Shown: positions 12,201-21,937, counted from the stretch's first letter. The stretch is 64,000 nt of DNA from an uncultured Acidimicrobiia bacterium (GCA_963786955.1 CAWBAT010000005.1:512001-576000); one strand, 5' to 3'. Notes: generated by a model not told the origin, from the sequence alone. Made by a program: numbers and translations.

Positions 12201-12336
12201 TCGCCGCATCGAAAGTGCACTGGCTTGCGATGCCCGCGAGCGAAGCGGTGACAAGCTGAAGTCGGACACTCGTTCAGTATGGCTGCATCTCAAACCGTTC
12301 GAGACGAGCACCGTGCGAGTGCGGCTTGGCGGGTAA
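9295..12336 (+). CDS. Tat-exported GH38-like glycoside hydrolase
   Basis: TRRTFL Tat motif; NSHQDPGF; DDVNGF nucleophile region; FKAAEDGDGLILRLYE C-terminal motif. True start may be 9301 or 9307. Confidence 0.8.
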   Translation: MVMPMNPTNSATRRTFLQTLLTACTSYAASSSLFAQGLPRDSAFQVRLSHLYSQEGNQLRQILLADVPSAGVGSSIEAIIGKRSEKFDLAKVRKIAGQYYLPITPLEQTENAQFTLKTDGKVLETSIQVKPVRQWKIYLIHNSHQDPGFLDLPSKLRERFIPYIDDAMKFCAETSDWPDDAQFRWNIEVSYLMEDYRKRHGDEKVRQVMDWVKKGRMTIGGLYCSMDTDFMSLETLHRAVYYATNHLTRDFGINLEGAILDDVNGFTWALVEVMAKSGLKYLVMGSNSDRDNMQNGNAPTLFYLEGPEGSEILIWRPIQYVEGFDLLTFEDPYTGRNVKGIDMKEGERTIARYFDRHERNGYPFDVIALQVASDFTPPFKQLSEVTRDWNAEWAFPKLRVSTIPEFFRVAEEQYKDRIPRLRGGVPDGWVDLQLGEANVAALGRRTENYLPDVERLATLAQWTSNGPARQNEFSAAYNRLLLWEEHTIEWWDIRADIYVDEAQGGGKRHWEEKSGHAREAHDAAAKIGQETLQTLSRNVRTPSPLSLVVWNPLSWNRSEIVRTPVPQSAKLPFRLVDVQNGREIIYQIEKREGSPDTIVFQGENIPSLGYRTYSIEAGNPTTAGSPPTVGEKTIENQHFGLTLREKDGTLASLYDKELKREFVDPKAEHGFNQLVYRLHQRLTEREYKLLGEIPMQDVVITKGASGPVYSSLKVSGHVEYICKFEHEIILYSGLKRVEFHNRIMKKPVYPKESVHYAFPFAVPTHYHFWADNLTHQNTYKIDVPGAVMQPDLDQIPGSIRDNYVARHWVSISRDDYGILWSSIDAPIVQLGGIHTDKYLPWLTMQDDNWLTRGWLYSLLMYNHWVVDVPIAQGGDYLFRYAMTTHGANWTYDDAHRFGWSFMSPLQAYAVEGMQPGTWNEPAHSFLEISPGNVYLAGFKAAEDGDGLILRLYEGGNASSNAVVQFNLPGRRIESALACDARERSGDKLKSDTRSVWLHLKPFETSTVRVRLGG

Positions 12337-12633
12337 CCCGGGAGAATTGAAGGGAGTCAGCCAAGCAACCGCTTTAGAGATACTTGTCGCGAGTGTTTTG
12401 TGCACAGGTTTGTGGGGGTGATGGTGAAAACTGCCAAACGCCATTGGGCCCATTCCGAGCCGCAGAGTGATGACCGATAACTGAGGACAGCACTCTGCGA
12501 CGCCGGTTTCATTATGGATCTTCATCGGCCTCACAGGAGTCCGGCTTTCCATCCAAGAATTTTAGATGGGCTTCACGAGACCATCGTTAATTTCATGTCT
12601 CCATTTTTTTAGTTTCTACAGGGAGGAGGCATC

Positions 12634-13608
12634 ATGGTTCATTTTCATCTGGGACTGAGATCGCAGTGGACGCGGCGCGAGTCTCTTAAAGCCCTGGGAG
12701 CAACGGTAGTATCTCTGCCTCTTTTTGCAGCGCAGAGCGGAGACCTCAAGCGCATTGCCAAGCAAAACCTCAAGCTTGCTGTAATCAGCACCGTTTACAA
12801 ACAATATCCTCTTGAGACGGCGGTACGGAAGATCAAGGAGGATGGATTTTCCGGAGTGGTGAGTGATTTCATTTTTGCGGATGTGAAGTTTGATGGTTTG
12901 TCGCCAGACTGGGAGGCTGCCGGGAAGATCACCTCTTGTTTCGAGAGGAATGGCCTCAAGCTCGCAGGGATTGCAGCCTACTATAACGTCGTGGACCCGG
13001 ATACAGAACGCAGAATCAAAGGGGAAAAACGCATTCGCTCTTACCTCGAAAACTGGAAGCGGCTCGGCAGCCCCATCATTTGCACAGGCAGCGGGAGCTT
13101 CAACCGTGAATCAGAGTGGTCGGAATCACCAGAGAATGAAACGGAAGCCGCCTACCTGGAGTGTCGTTCGCGAATCCAGGACCTTGTCACGATCGCCCAA
13201 AAAACAGGGGCGGTTTTGGCTATCGAGGCTTATTGGAAAAATGTCATCAATTCCGCTGTACGGAACCAGCGGCTCTTCAACGACATCGATTCGCCGGCAT
13301 TGGGGTTAGTCATGGATCCCTGCAACTACTTTCGTAATCAGGATCTGCCAAAGATGCGGCCGATGCTGGAGGAGATCTTCCGTTTGGTAGGGAAAAAGAC
13401 AGTCTTGGCCCACGCTAAAGATCTCAAGGCGTCTCCCAATGGTCCTGATTTACCCGCGGCCGGACTCGGTGCTCTCGACTACCCACTCTTCCTAAAACTC
13501 CTGGCCAGCTTGGATAAACCACTTTATTTAGCACTGGAACATTTGGGGCCCGAAGATGTGCCGCGTGCACGGAAATATGTTTTGGAACAGTTTGAGAGGA
13601 TGGCATAG
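12634..13608 (+). CDS. Sugar phosphate isomerase/epimerase (xylose-isomerase-like TIM barrel) with Tat-like signal
   Basis: TRRESLK; metal-ligand pattern LAIE, MDPCN, HAKD, LEH; GGAGG RBS. Confidence 0.8.
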   Translation: MVHFHLGLRSQWTRRESLKALGATVVSLPLFAAQSGDLKRIAKQNLKLAVISTVYKQYPLETAVRKIKEDGFSGVVSDFIFADVKFDGLSPDWEAAGKITSCFERNGLKLAGIAAYYNVVDPDTERRIKGEKRIRSYLENWKRLGSPIICTGSGSFNRESEWSESPENETEAAYLECRSRIQDLVTIAQKTGAVLAIEAYWKNVINSAVRNQRLFNDIDSPALGLVMDPCNYFRNQDLPKMRPMLEEIFRLVGKKTVLAHAKDLKASPNGPDLPAAGLGALDYPLFLKLLASLDKPLYLALEHLGPEDVPRARKYVLEQFERMA

Positions 13609-13615
13609 GCAGTTG

Positions 13616-13680
13616 GCTCCCCTTCTTGGTTAAGGAGGGGGAGGTCGTTCTGGTAGGGCTCGCACGCCGTGCGCGTCGCT
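13616..13680. repeat. Partial copy of the composite palindromic element at 54178-54250
   Basis: ctccccttcttggttaaggaggggg..ggtcgttctggtagggctcgcacgccgtgcgcg closely matches 54181-54250; lies between convergent genes. Confidence 0.7.
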
Positions 13681-13694
13681 GTGAAGCGCGGGAA

Positions 13695-14498
13695 TTAACA
13701 TTCGGCACAGCTCCGGCTATCAATCGTGGTGCGTTCAGGTTTTTCTCCAGCATACACCCAGATCAGTTCCACCGTCTCGCTCCCTTCATTGACCAGTTGC
13801 CGCGGAATCCCCTCCGGCACGAAAATAGTGGCATCGTTACGGAGAGAATATCTTCTTCCAGCCACAATATACGTGGCCTGTCCCTTGACGATCGTGCTCG
13901 TCTCATCGAAAGAAACAGTATGGCAAGGTAAAGAAGAGCCCGGCACGAGCCGTGCGTATCCCCCGCAAATTCCCGCCGAACCCGGACGATTGGAAAAAAG
14001 ATTCTTGAAGACCGTCTTTGGATATAGCTCGTACTCGGCAGCATCCATAAAGCGAGTAAGAGATTCCGGGTCGTCAGACCCGGGCAACAGATTTTTTCGA
14101 TCCACCCTTGTAAATTCGTCCGGGACCAGTGTCCGGCTGATTTCTCCCGACGCGAAAGCGGTGAGCACGACAGTTTGCTCATCTTTTCCAAGGCTTGCCA
14201 CCGTGTGCGCCGTACCAGACGGCACGTGGATCGAATCGAATGGAGAAAGGTGGTAAGTTCTCCCTTCAACAGCCACCTCCAGTTGCCCTTTGATCGTTGT
14301 AATCGATTCACTGCAGGGATGAGTGTGGTAAGGAAGACGTGCGCCCGGGCTCAAGATGGCAAAGCCAGTACTGAACCCAATGGCCCCGGAATTGCCAGAC
14401 ACAAAGGGACAAACACTGATGCCTTTGATGAGCTCCACTAATGTTTCGGGAGAGATCTGAATCAGGCGTTCACTGCGGATAGGCTGCGTATGAGTCAT
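13695..14498 (-). CDS. Tandem (bi-)cupin domain protein
   Basis: Two cupin repeats: PGARLPYHTHPCSE..H and PGSSLPCHTVSFDE. ATG at 14498 has an AGGAAGG RBS (ORF track starts at 14534). Confidence 0.8.
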   Translation of the reverse strand: MTHTQPIRSERLIQISPETLVELIKGISVCPFVSGNSGAIGFSTGFAILSPGARLPYHTHPCSESITTIKGQLEVAVEGRTYHLSPFDSIHVPSGTAHTVASLGKDEQTVVLTAFASGEISRTLVPDEFTRVDRKNLLPGSDDPESLTRFMDAAEYELYPKTVFKNLFSNRPGSAGICGGYARLVPGSSLPCHTVSFDETSTIVKGQATYIVAGRRYSLRNDATIFVPEGIPRQLVNEGSETVELIWVYAGEKPERTTIDSRSCAEC

Positions 14499-14545
14499 GA
14501 GTTCCTTCCTACAAAACTTGTAGGGGCGAAGCATAAGTCGATTCC

Positions 14546-14636
14546 GGTGGAACGCGTACGTGTGGGACAGCCCTCCCCCGCCGCCCGTTTACTGAGCGTG
14601 CGCGGGGGGACGGTGGTCCCACGCGCCCGCTCCACC
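14546..14636. repeat. GTGG-type REP-like long hairpin
   Basis: ggtggaacgcgtacgtgtgggac...gtcccacgcgcccgctccacc imperfect inverted repeat; a half GTAGGGGCGAAGCAT copy sits at 14520. Confidence 0.55.
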
Positions 14637-14940
14637 TGGTCACACTGAGGCAACTTTGGAATTCGAGTTTATCAGAGCATTCGAAATCCAAGGGCGGATT
14701 GTACGAAATCTAGGAACAGAAGGGAATCAGAAACATGCCTCGAATGTAATAGCTCAGCGATGGGGGGGGCAAGCAGAAAGGGTGGAGCGGGCGCTCCTGC
14801 GCACGCTGAGTAAAGATGGGACAGGAAATTCGAATGAATGCCCGATGGCACCCAGGAACATTGCGGCGAGCGTTTCCTTCAACCGGATCGGCAACCTCTT
14901 CAAAGATCATCTTTAAGAATAGGGAAATCGAAGGCAAGAA

Positions 14941-14980
14941 GGGGGTGAAGCATCCGTCGGCCGACGAATGCTTCACCCCC
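14941..14980 (-). terminator. Hairpin downstream of the TonB receptor, derived from the GGGGxGAAGCATT repeat family
   Basis: gggggtgaagcat-ccgtcggccgacga-atgcttcaccccc 10 bp after the stop, followed by a pyrimidine-rich tail on the minus strand. Confidence 0.6.
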
Positions 14981-14989
14981 GCGAAAACG

Positions 14990-17900
14990 TCAGAATATAA
15001 ACTTCAATCCAAACTGGATATTGCGAGGATCCTTGGCAGAAAAGATTACTCCAGTGGAGGACTGATTTGCCGCTGTATTGGGAACCCCAAACGCGGTATG
15101 GTTAAAGGCATTGAAAAACTCGGTGCGGAATTGGATGGATCTTTGCTCGTCAATCGGAAAAGTCTTGAAAATTGAAAGGGACCATTCGTTTAACCCCGGC
15201 GCAATAATCACATTCCCGCCAGAGTTTCCAAAAGGAGTGTACACCCCGCCATTGGTCGTATCCGGAACAGGAGCGGGAATGGGGAAGCAAGCCGGATCGA
15301 ACCATTGGTTAACATTTCTGGTTCCTTTAGGGAGATTTCCATTACATGTACGATTGGGGCGGCCAGCTCCTCCTGTTACGTTGACCGGAGATCCGCTTTG
15401 GATCTGGAGAATCCCTCCAAACTGCCAGTTCCCCACAATCTGCTGAGTAACACCTTTCGCATCGTTCTTATATTTCTTCCCTGCCCCGAAAGGAAGTTCA
15501 TAGAGCCAGTTGCCGACAAATCGCTGTCGGACGTCCGTCTGTGATAGGCCTCTGTCGGCATTCAAATCCTCCCTGTTTTGATGGCTCGCACCGGGTCCGA
15601 AAATGCCACTGCCCTGGGCCATGGCATGAGACCAGGTATAGTTGACCAGAAAAGACATCCCTGACGAAAAGCGCTTGGTCAGACTCGTTTGCAGACTATT
15701 ATAGGTTGCGGTGCCTCGAGACTCCTGGTAACGCCAGTCAGTGACACCAGGCATGGTGCTATAATAGGGCCGTCTCGGTTCTACAGGACCTGTTCCCAAG
15801 GTCGCCTGGTCTGGGTTCCAGAGGTCGAGAATGTGAACCCCAGTGCTCCCGACATAATCGACTTCGAAAACGATAGTGGGCGTGAGCTGTCGTTGAACTC
15901 CCAAAAACCATTGTTCGGTGTAACCCGTCGGGTTATCGCCCTCAAAGGCATTCAAGCTGCCGGTCGGCTGGTCAATCGGGACAAATGGATCTGTCGTCGG
16001 AATTCCCTGACTAAGAACTCGGTTAATTTGTTGCGGCGTGGGCGTATTCGTATAGTTCGTTCCTCCGACATAGGGTGGGTTCAAGGAAAGTTGGAATCCG
16101 GCCTGTCCTTGCCCCAATTTGAAAATCCCGAAGGAAGCGCGACCGACTGTCTTTTCGTCAAACTGGTAAGCAAGTCCTACTCGCGGCGAAAAGTTATTCC
16201 AACGGGTGGCATACATGGCCCGAGTGGAAAAGGCAGGATTGCTTCCTCCCTGATCGGGGTTGATCAGAATCCCCTGAACGGGATCAACATTGGTAATCCG
16301 ATTATAGATTTCGGTCTGTGGAGTAAAGAGGTCCCAACGCACCCCATAATTCACCGTCAACTTTGGGTTCAACTTCCAGGTATCTTGAAAGTAAACTCCC
16401 ATCTCGGTATTCCGCAAACCCGCCAGACCAGAATTCCGGATCAAGGAGCCACTGTCTGTGATCCCAAGAAGAAAGTCCGCAAAGGAATTCCCGGTATTAT
16501 TCGGGCTGTTAGGATCGGAGGTGAAGGCAGTACTAAAGGAGAAGGAACCAGCCGGAGAGCCCAAAATCTGAGTGAAGTTCCGTTGTACCCTTCTATAGTC
16601 AACACCAGCCTTAAGAGTATGCGTCCCTCGAACAAAGGTGACATTGTCCAGGATCTGATAGACGTTTTCAATTTCGACCAGCGGGAAGAAAGGCGAGTCG
16701 CCCAGTAACCCATAACCACTAATCGAAATCCCTGGGAAACCGCTGTTATTATCAGTCACATTGACGCCCGGGATACCCACGTCGGTGGCATAGTTATTCC
16801 CATAACCCAGCTGGACGGCATCCGCTCCGGAACGAATATAGGCGACCCGGAATTCATTGATGGTGGTGGGGTTGAAATTATGAATCCACTGGATGCCTAG
16901 ATTTTGAGCCGGATTGGACACAAGTCCATTCAAGAAGCCCGCACCACCCGAACCCAAGGCGCCCCCCACCGACGGCGCATATTGAGGGATGTCACTGAAA
17001 GCGCCGGGGAGAACCGTGTGCGAGCTGCCGTAGCTGTACCTCCCCGAGATCTTATCCTTCTCACTGAAAATATGATCAATTTTCACATCGAACGAGTTCT
17101 GATCATTCTGGCGGGATGCACCGCTGTAATAACAGCCTTCTCCATTGACCAAAGTCGTTGAACAAGCGCCGTTCGGGAGTGGAACGTACTTAAGAACATT
17201 AACGGCCGCCGAATCGAAGCGGGATGGGCTAATCGTCTGATTGGGGAATGGAGCGCGGACATACCGATCTCCCACCTGCTGGAATGTCGCCGGATCAAAA
17301 ATAGGCCGGGCCGTTCCTTGAAAGTTTCCGCTCCGGAGGGCCTCCGTGGGGACTGTGGTCACGAAACTGTTTCCCTTCCTTTGTCTAAATCCCTGATAAT
17401 CGAAAAACCAAAATGTTTTGTTCTTAATGATGGGTCCCCCTACGGCGCCGCCAAACTGGTTTTGGACGAAGTTTGGCTTCTTGGAAGTCCTGTCGAAGAA
17501 ATTCCGGGCATCCAAAGCAGAATTGCGGAGGAATTCAAAGACCTGCCCGTGAATGGCATTTGTCCCAGACTTGAGGGTCACATTGACAACCCCGCCCCCT
17601 CGCCCGATTTCCGGGTTGAAGTTGCTGGTCTCAACCGTAAATTCCTGGATCGCTTCGAGTGGAGGCAGAATCGCGATCAGCCCCTGGTTGATCTGGTTGT
17701 TATAAACACCGTCCAGAATGTAAGTGTTCGTCGCCTGCATCTGTCCATTGACGGACAGCCCCTGCTTGGCACGCGCGTTATCAGGAATGTCCACGTTGTT
17801 TGCGTTAATGGATGAAATCCCATTGGTCACCCCCGCGGTCAGAGGCGCCAATTGAAACACCGTCCGACCATTCAGTGGAAGCTCCGAAACGGCTCTACGA

Positions 17901-18379
17901 GAAATCACGTTTTCTACCGTTGACGACTCCGTCTGAAGCAAGGGGGTCGCTCCCGTAACTTCCACGGTTTCAGACAATTCTCCGACTTGTAGGACCAAGT
18001 CAACCGCTACACGGGCGTTCACTTGAAGATTGAATCCCTTGCGCTGTAATGTTTTAAAACCCTTGAGAGAGGCCGTAATGGTATAGTCGCCAGGGATTAA
18101 GTTAGTCACCACAAAGTCGCCACTTTCATTTGTTTTCGTCTTGACTTCGGTTCCCCGATTCACGTTGGTCACCGTGATATCGACCCCTGCCACGATAGCC
18201 CCTGAGGCATCATGGGTCGTTCCCGCAATCGTGCCGAATTCGACCTGAGCCCAGAGAGGGGAAGAACTGACCAACATAAGAAGGAGGAGGACGCAATGGG
18301 TCGTGAGGGAAAGAAGAAACCTTTTGCTAGGATGCTTCATCAACTCAAGTATTGACGTTCGATTGAGACTGTTTTCCAC
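14990..18379 (-). CDS. TonB-dependent receptor, Oar-like, with N-terminal carboxypeptidase-regulatory-like domain
   Basis: LPLNGR plug motif, KSGTN..HG..FEFLRN..LDARNFF, QNQFGG..GGPI, C-terminal PRNIQFGLKFIF; AAGGAGG RBS. Confidence 0.93.
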   Translation of the reverse strand: MENSLNRTSILELMKHPSKRFLLSLTTHCVLLLLMLVSSSPLWAQVEFGTIAGTTHDASGAIVAGVDITVTNVNRGTEVKTKTNESGDFVVTNLIPGDYTITASLKGFKTLQRKGFNLQVNARVAVDLVLQVGELSETVEVTGATPLLQTESSTVENVISRRAVSELPLNGRTVFQLAPLTAGVTNGISSINANNVDIPDNARAKQGLSVNGQMQATNTYILDGVYNNQINQGLIAILPPLEAIQEFTVETSNFNPEIGRGGGVVNVTLKSGTNAIHGQVFEFLRNSALDARNFFDRTSKKPNFVQNQFGGAVGGPIIKNKTFWFFDYQGFRQRKGNSFVTTVPTEALRSGNFQGTARPIFDPATFQQVGDRYVRAPFPNQTISPSRFDSAAVNVLKYVPLPNGACSTTLVNGEGCYYSGASRQNDQNSFDVKIDHIFSEKDKISGRYSYGSSHTVLPGAFSDIPQYAPSVGGALGSGGAGFLNGLVSNPAQNLGIQWIHNFNPTTINEFRVAYIRSGADAVQLGYGNNYATDVGIPGVNVTDNNSGFPGISISGYGLLGDSPFFPLVEIENVYQILDNVTFVRGTHTLKAGVDYRRVQRNFTQILGSPAGSFSFSTAFTSDPNSPNNTGNSFADFLLGITDSGSLIRNSGLAGLRNTEMGVYFQDTWKLNPKLTVNYGVRWDLFTPQTEIYNRITNVDPVQGILINPDQGGSNPAFSTRAMYATRWNNFSPRVGLAYQFDEKTVGRASFGIFKLGQGQAGFQLSLNPPYVGGTNYTNTPTPQQINRVLSQGIPTTDPFVPIDQPTGSLNAFEGDNPTGYTEQWFLGVQRQLTPTIVFEVDYVGSTGVHILDLWNPDQATLGTGPVEPRRPYYSTMPGVTDWRYQESRGTATYNSLQTSLTKRFSSGMSFLVNYTWSHAMAQGSGIFGPGASHQNREDLNADRGLSQTDVRQRFVGNWLYELPFGAGKKYKNDAKGVTQQIVGNWQFGGILQIQSGSPVNVTGGAGRPNRTCNGNLPKGTRNVNQWFDPACFPIPAPVPDTTNGGVYTPFGNSGGNVIIAPGLNEWSLSIFKTFPIDEQRSIQFRTEFFNAFNHTAFGVPNTAANQSSTGVIFSAKDPRNIQFGLKFIF

Positions 18380-19422
18380 AATTTCCTCCTTGTATTTTCA
18401 AAAGAAGTTTAGGCCAGAAAGCAAGTTGTGCCCCCCTAATAGCTGTATGAATTACGAGTCTGAGGCTGCAGATCAGGCTGGTCAATTTGGTAAAGAAAAA
18501 ACCATCGAATCCAGTTTAATCTTCTGAGCAAATTTCAAAAGCTTGATGGCAGAGTCAAGTCAATGCGAGCAAATCCAGGCCACACTTTTTCAGCTTTACT
18601 TCTCTCCCCATATGCTGAATAAACAAAGCACCTGAAACATACCCTCAAAAAAAATTCGGGGAAACCAGTGCAAACTTATAACCTAGTTTATCGTGACATT
18701 ACTTTGATTAATGCAATCAGGGTTCCAAAAGAATTCAAAAATCACTCTTGGACGAAATGACTGATTCAAATGGCCTTTGGAATCTAATCGCGAGTGACAT
18801 GAACTCTGTTCAGTAAATAACCGTGACGATATCCCAAATTTCATATACGAGAAATCGGATTACACCTGCTCATCAAGGGTCAACCCAGGGGTCTGCAGCG
18901 ACCGAAAACGATGCGAAAAATCAGGAGATCCACCCATTCGCATTGCGCTCACAATTCGTCCCACGATGGCTAAAAGCGGGCAGTCCTCTCTCCGGATTAA
19001 CCTTCCTGATCATTCCAGCTCTGCGCAAACGGCTCTTCCAGTAATTGCACGAACTCGACACTTTGAGATTGGCTTGCGCCATGAAACACCGGTTGAAAAA
19101 GAGCCGGCTGAAACGGCCACCGGATCTGCCAATCATCTCAAGGAACTCTCCAACGCCTCTCCCAGTGAATGCAGTTCAGGAGAATCGTTTAACAATTGAA
19201 CTTTGGTCAATTGCGAATTCTATCCATGACAAATTGATTGTCAAGAGTTTTTTGTTAAGTTTCTTTGGTAAGGTTAGAAAGGAGAAAATCGGCGTGAAGT
19301 GAAGATCGTGGACAGGGGGTGAGCTCGAAGGATTTCTCACTTTGTGGAGATTACCTGGACTTTGGCGCTTGCGGAATATCGATGTGTGGATGACAATGCG
19401 GCACTTCACCTTAGAGAGGGCA

Positions 19423-21180
19423 ATGATGTCTTCTAACTGGCTGAGGCCTATTCTCACCGCCGTTCCCTTCTTGCTGGTGACGCGCGTCGACGCTCGAGAG
19501 CCTTACGATGTCACCATCGAAAACAATGTGAAGATGAAAACTCGCGACGGTGTAACGCTTGGCGCGGACATCTATCGCCCCAAGGCCGATGGAAAATTCC
19601 CTGTGCTTCTAGAGAGGACACCTTACGACAAGCACCGCATGACATACGCTGGCACCGGATTCGGACTGAAAGCTGCCGCCCAAGGCTATGTTTACATCAT
19701 TCAGGACTGTCGAGGCCGCTTCACGTCTGAAGGTGAGTGGTACCCCTTCAAGTACGAATCGCAGGACGGCTACGATACCGTTGAATGGGCGGCTGCGCTT
19801 CCTTATGCCAATGGCAAAGTCGGCCTGGTGGGCATGTCTTACGTGGGTGTCACGCAAATGCTCACGGCCGTCGCCGCCCCTCCACATCTCGCGGGGATCC
19901 TTCCGGTGATCACAGGCTCCAATTACCATGAAAACTGGACCTATCAGGGCGGAGCGTTTGCGCAGTCATTTGACCAGGGCTGGACGAAATACTTCGTCAT
20001 CGATACCCTCAGCCGCCACGTCCTCAAAGACAGTTCGCGCGCACGCGGGGATATGATACTTCCACTCAGTGATTATCCTGTGCTGGGATCCGATCCTTCC
20101 TCGGGCCTGGCGGACTATTACCTCGACTGGCTCGCACACCCTCGTTATGACGACTATTGGAAACAATGGTCGATCGAAGAGCAATTCTCAAAGATCAAGG
20201 TCCCAGGTTTTCACGTTGCTGCCTGGTACGACCTTTTCCAGGACGGTTCCCTGAAGAACTATCTGGGCATTAAGGCACAAGGCGGTAGTGAAGCGGCTCG
20301 AAACAACCAGCGGCTGTTGGTGATCGCGGGCGGCCACGCAGGTCTTATACCGAAAATCGGGGATATCGACTTCGGCAAGGATTCTGTCCCGGACCTTACA
20401 GCCTTGACCCTTCGTTGGTACGACCACCTGCTCAAGGACGTTGATAACGGCATCAGTCGGGAAAAACCGGTGAAGATTTTCGTTATGGGCAAGAATATTT
20501 GGCGCGAGGAAGACAGTTGGCCACTCGCACGCGCCAGAGAGACAAGATATTACCTGCACTCCGCCGGCAAAGCGAATACGCTCGGTGGCGACGGGACGTT
20601 GCGCACGACGCCACCCGCAATTGAAGCTCCCGACAAGTACGTTTATGATCCCGCGGACCCCGTTCCGACACGTGGCGGCCCTGTTCCTCTCCATGAATCT
20701 GCCGGTCCAGTCGACCAAAGGCCCACGGAAAGGCGCCAGGACGTATTGGTCTATACGACTCCCGACTTCCAACAGGACACCGAGGTAACCGGCCCAGTCA
20801 CTTTGGAACTCTACGTGAGCTCATCGGCTGTAGATACGGATTTTACCGCGAAGTTAATCGATGTGTGGCCGAACGGCAACGCCGAGAATCTGCTCGATGG
20901 AATTCTGCGCGCGCGTTATCGGAATTCAATGGAAAAGGCTGAGTTTATGAATCCGGGTGAGATATACAAACTGACAATCAACCTCTGGTCAACCTCCAAC
21001 GTGTTCCTGGCAGGGCACAAGCTGCGGGTGGAAGTCTCAAGCAGTAATTTTCCCCGATTCGACCGAAATCTAAATACTGGCGAGGATCCGGAAAGTGGCA
21101 CGCGTATGATCAAGGCTTCCAACTTGGTGTACCATGATCGAGAGCATCCCTCGGCTCTAGTTGTACCGATTGCACCTTAG
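19423..21180 (+). CDS. CocE/NonD family hydrolase (peptidase S15-like)
   Basis: RDGVTLGADIYRP, ERTPY, QDCRGRF.SEG, GMSY nucleophile, SSSNFPRFDRN. Start chosen at the ATG after GAGAGGG (ORF track 19342). Confidence 0.92.
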   Translation: MMSSNWLRPILTAVPFLLVTRVDAREPYDVTIENNVKMKTRDGVTLGADIYRPKADGKFPVLLERTPYDKHRMTYAGTGFGLKAAAQGYVYIIQDCRGRFTSEGEWYPFKYESQDGYDTVEWAAALPYANGKVGLVGMSYVGVTQMLTAVAAPPHLAGILPVITGSNYHENWTYQGGAFAQSFDQGWTKYFVIDTLSRHVLKDSSRARGDMILPLSDYPVLGSDPSSGLADYYLDWLAHPRYDDYWKQWSIEEQFSKIKVPGFHVAAWYDLFQDGSLKNYLGIKAQGGSEAARNNQRLLVIAGGHAGLIPKIGDIDFGKDSVPDLTALTLRWYDHLLKDVDNGISREKPVKIFVMGKNIWREEDSWPLARARETRYYLHSAGKANTLGGDGTLRTTPPAIEAPDKYVYDPADPVPTRGGPVPLHESAGPVDQRPTERRQDVLVYTTPDFQQDTEVTGPVTLELYVSSSAVDTDFTAKLIDVWPNGNAENLLDGILRARYRNSMEKAEFMNPGEIYKLTINLWSTSNVFLAGHKLRVEVSSSNFPRFDRNLNTGEDPESGTRMIKASNLVYHDREHPSALVVPIAP

Positions 21181-21397
21181 AATCAGGAATAATCATGATA
21201 TGCAGAGCACCGTTTGTCGGTCGATTCCCCAATTTTCAGAATTTAATGAAACGAGGATGGAAACTGGGCGTAACAATTGGGATCGGTGGCTCCCCGATCC
21301 CCTTTCTCCAACCAGCGGCGGACCGTTTGGCAGACTCTGCTCGTCTACAGCTAAAACTAGAATTCGGGTCTACCAACTGCGTGCTCTTGATGTGATC

Positions 21398-21826
21398 TTA
21401 CTTGAGAAAGTGTCCTGCCACCCTCCACTTTCCGTCTTTGTCCTTCATGGGAGTGACTGTTTCGATGGCGGCTTTCTTGTTTGCAAAAGAGGTATCAAAT
21501 TGGAGGATGACGTACTCTCCATCCGGCCCGCCAGGCATCGTCTTTGTGTATTGAGCATGTTTCAATTTTCTGGATTCGAGTTTCCCCAGTGGTTCCCGAA
21601 CTGATTTCACGGCACTCTCCCATTGTTGGGCTGTCACTCTCTGCTTGAAGAAAGACGCGGCCTCATTCCAGCTTTGCGAATACTGGCCTGCATCAACCAG
21701 TCCCAGCCAAGATTCGGCGGCTTCTTGAGCAAGCTTTTCAACCTTTTGTTCTGCCTGAAAGACCGGTGCAGAAACTTCGAGCAGGCCCAGACCGAAAAAG
21801 AGTGACACTAGGTACAAGTTTTTCAT
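21398..21826 (-). CDS. DUF4019 domain secreted protein
   Basis: AAESWLGLVDAGQYSQSW, PGGPDGEYV, F.NKKAAIETVT, W.V.G.F pattern; signal peptide. Confidence 0.85.
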   Translation of the reverse strand: MKNLYLVSLFFGLGLLEVSAPVFQAEQKVEKLAQEAAESWLGLVDAGQYSQSWNEAASFFKQRVTAQQWESAVKSVREPLGKLESRKLKHAQYTKTMPGGPDGEYVILQFDTSFANKKAAIETVTPMKDKDGKWRVAGHFLK

Positions 21827-21937
21827 TTTATTCTCCTGATCAGGAAGTGGGGCTCATTAGAGGCCGACCGGACAACCCACTCGACCGCTTTGCGATGATG
21901 GTAGATCCAACCCAATGGGGTTGTTCACTAGGGATTA

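Noticed and set aside
12340-12600. Possible gene remnant or sRNA
   Set aside because: No recognisable motif in the frames I read and no convincing structure
15689-16708. 339-aa plus-strand ORF and other long antisense ORFs (e.g. 9754..10593, 37543..38289)
   Set aside because: Shadows of well-supported genes on the opposite strand; no motifs
18686-18698. 13-mer GTTTATCGTGACA shared with the REP loop at 58432-58444
   Set aside because: Dozens of 13-mer matches are expected by chance in 64 kb across both strands
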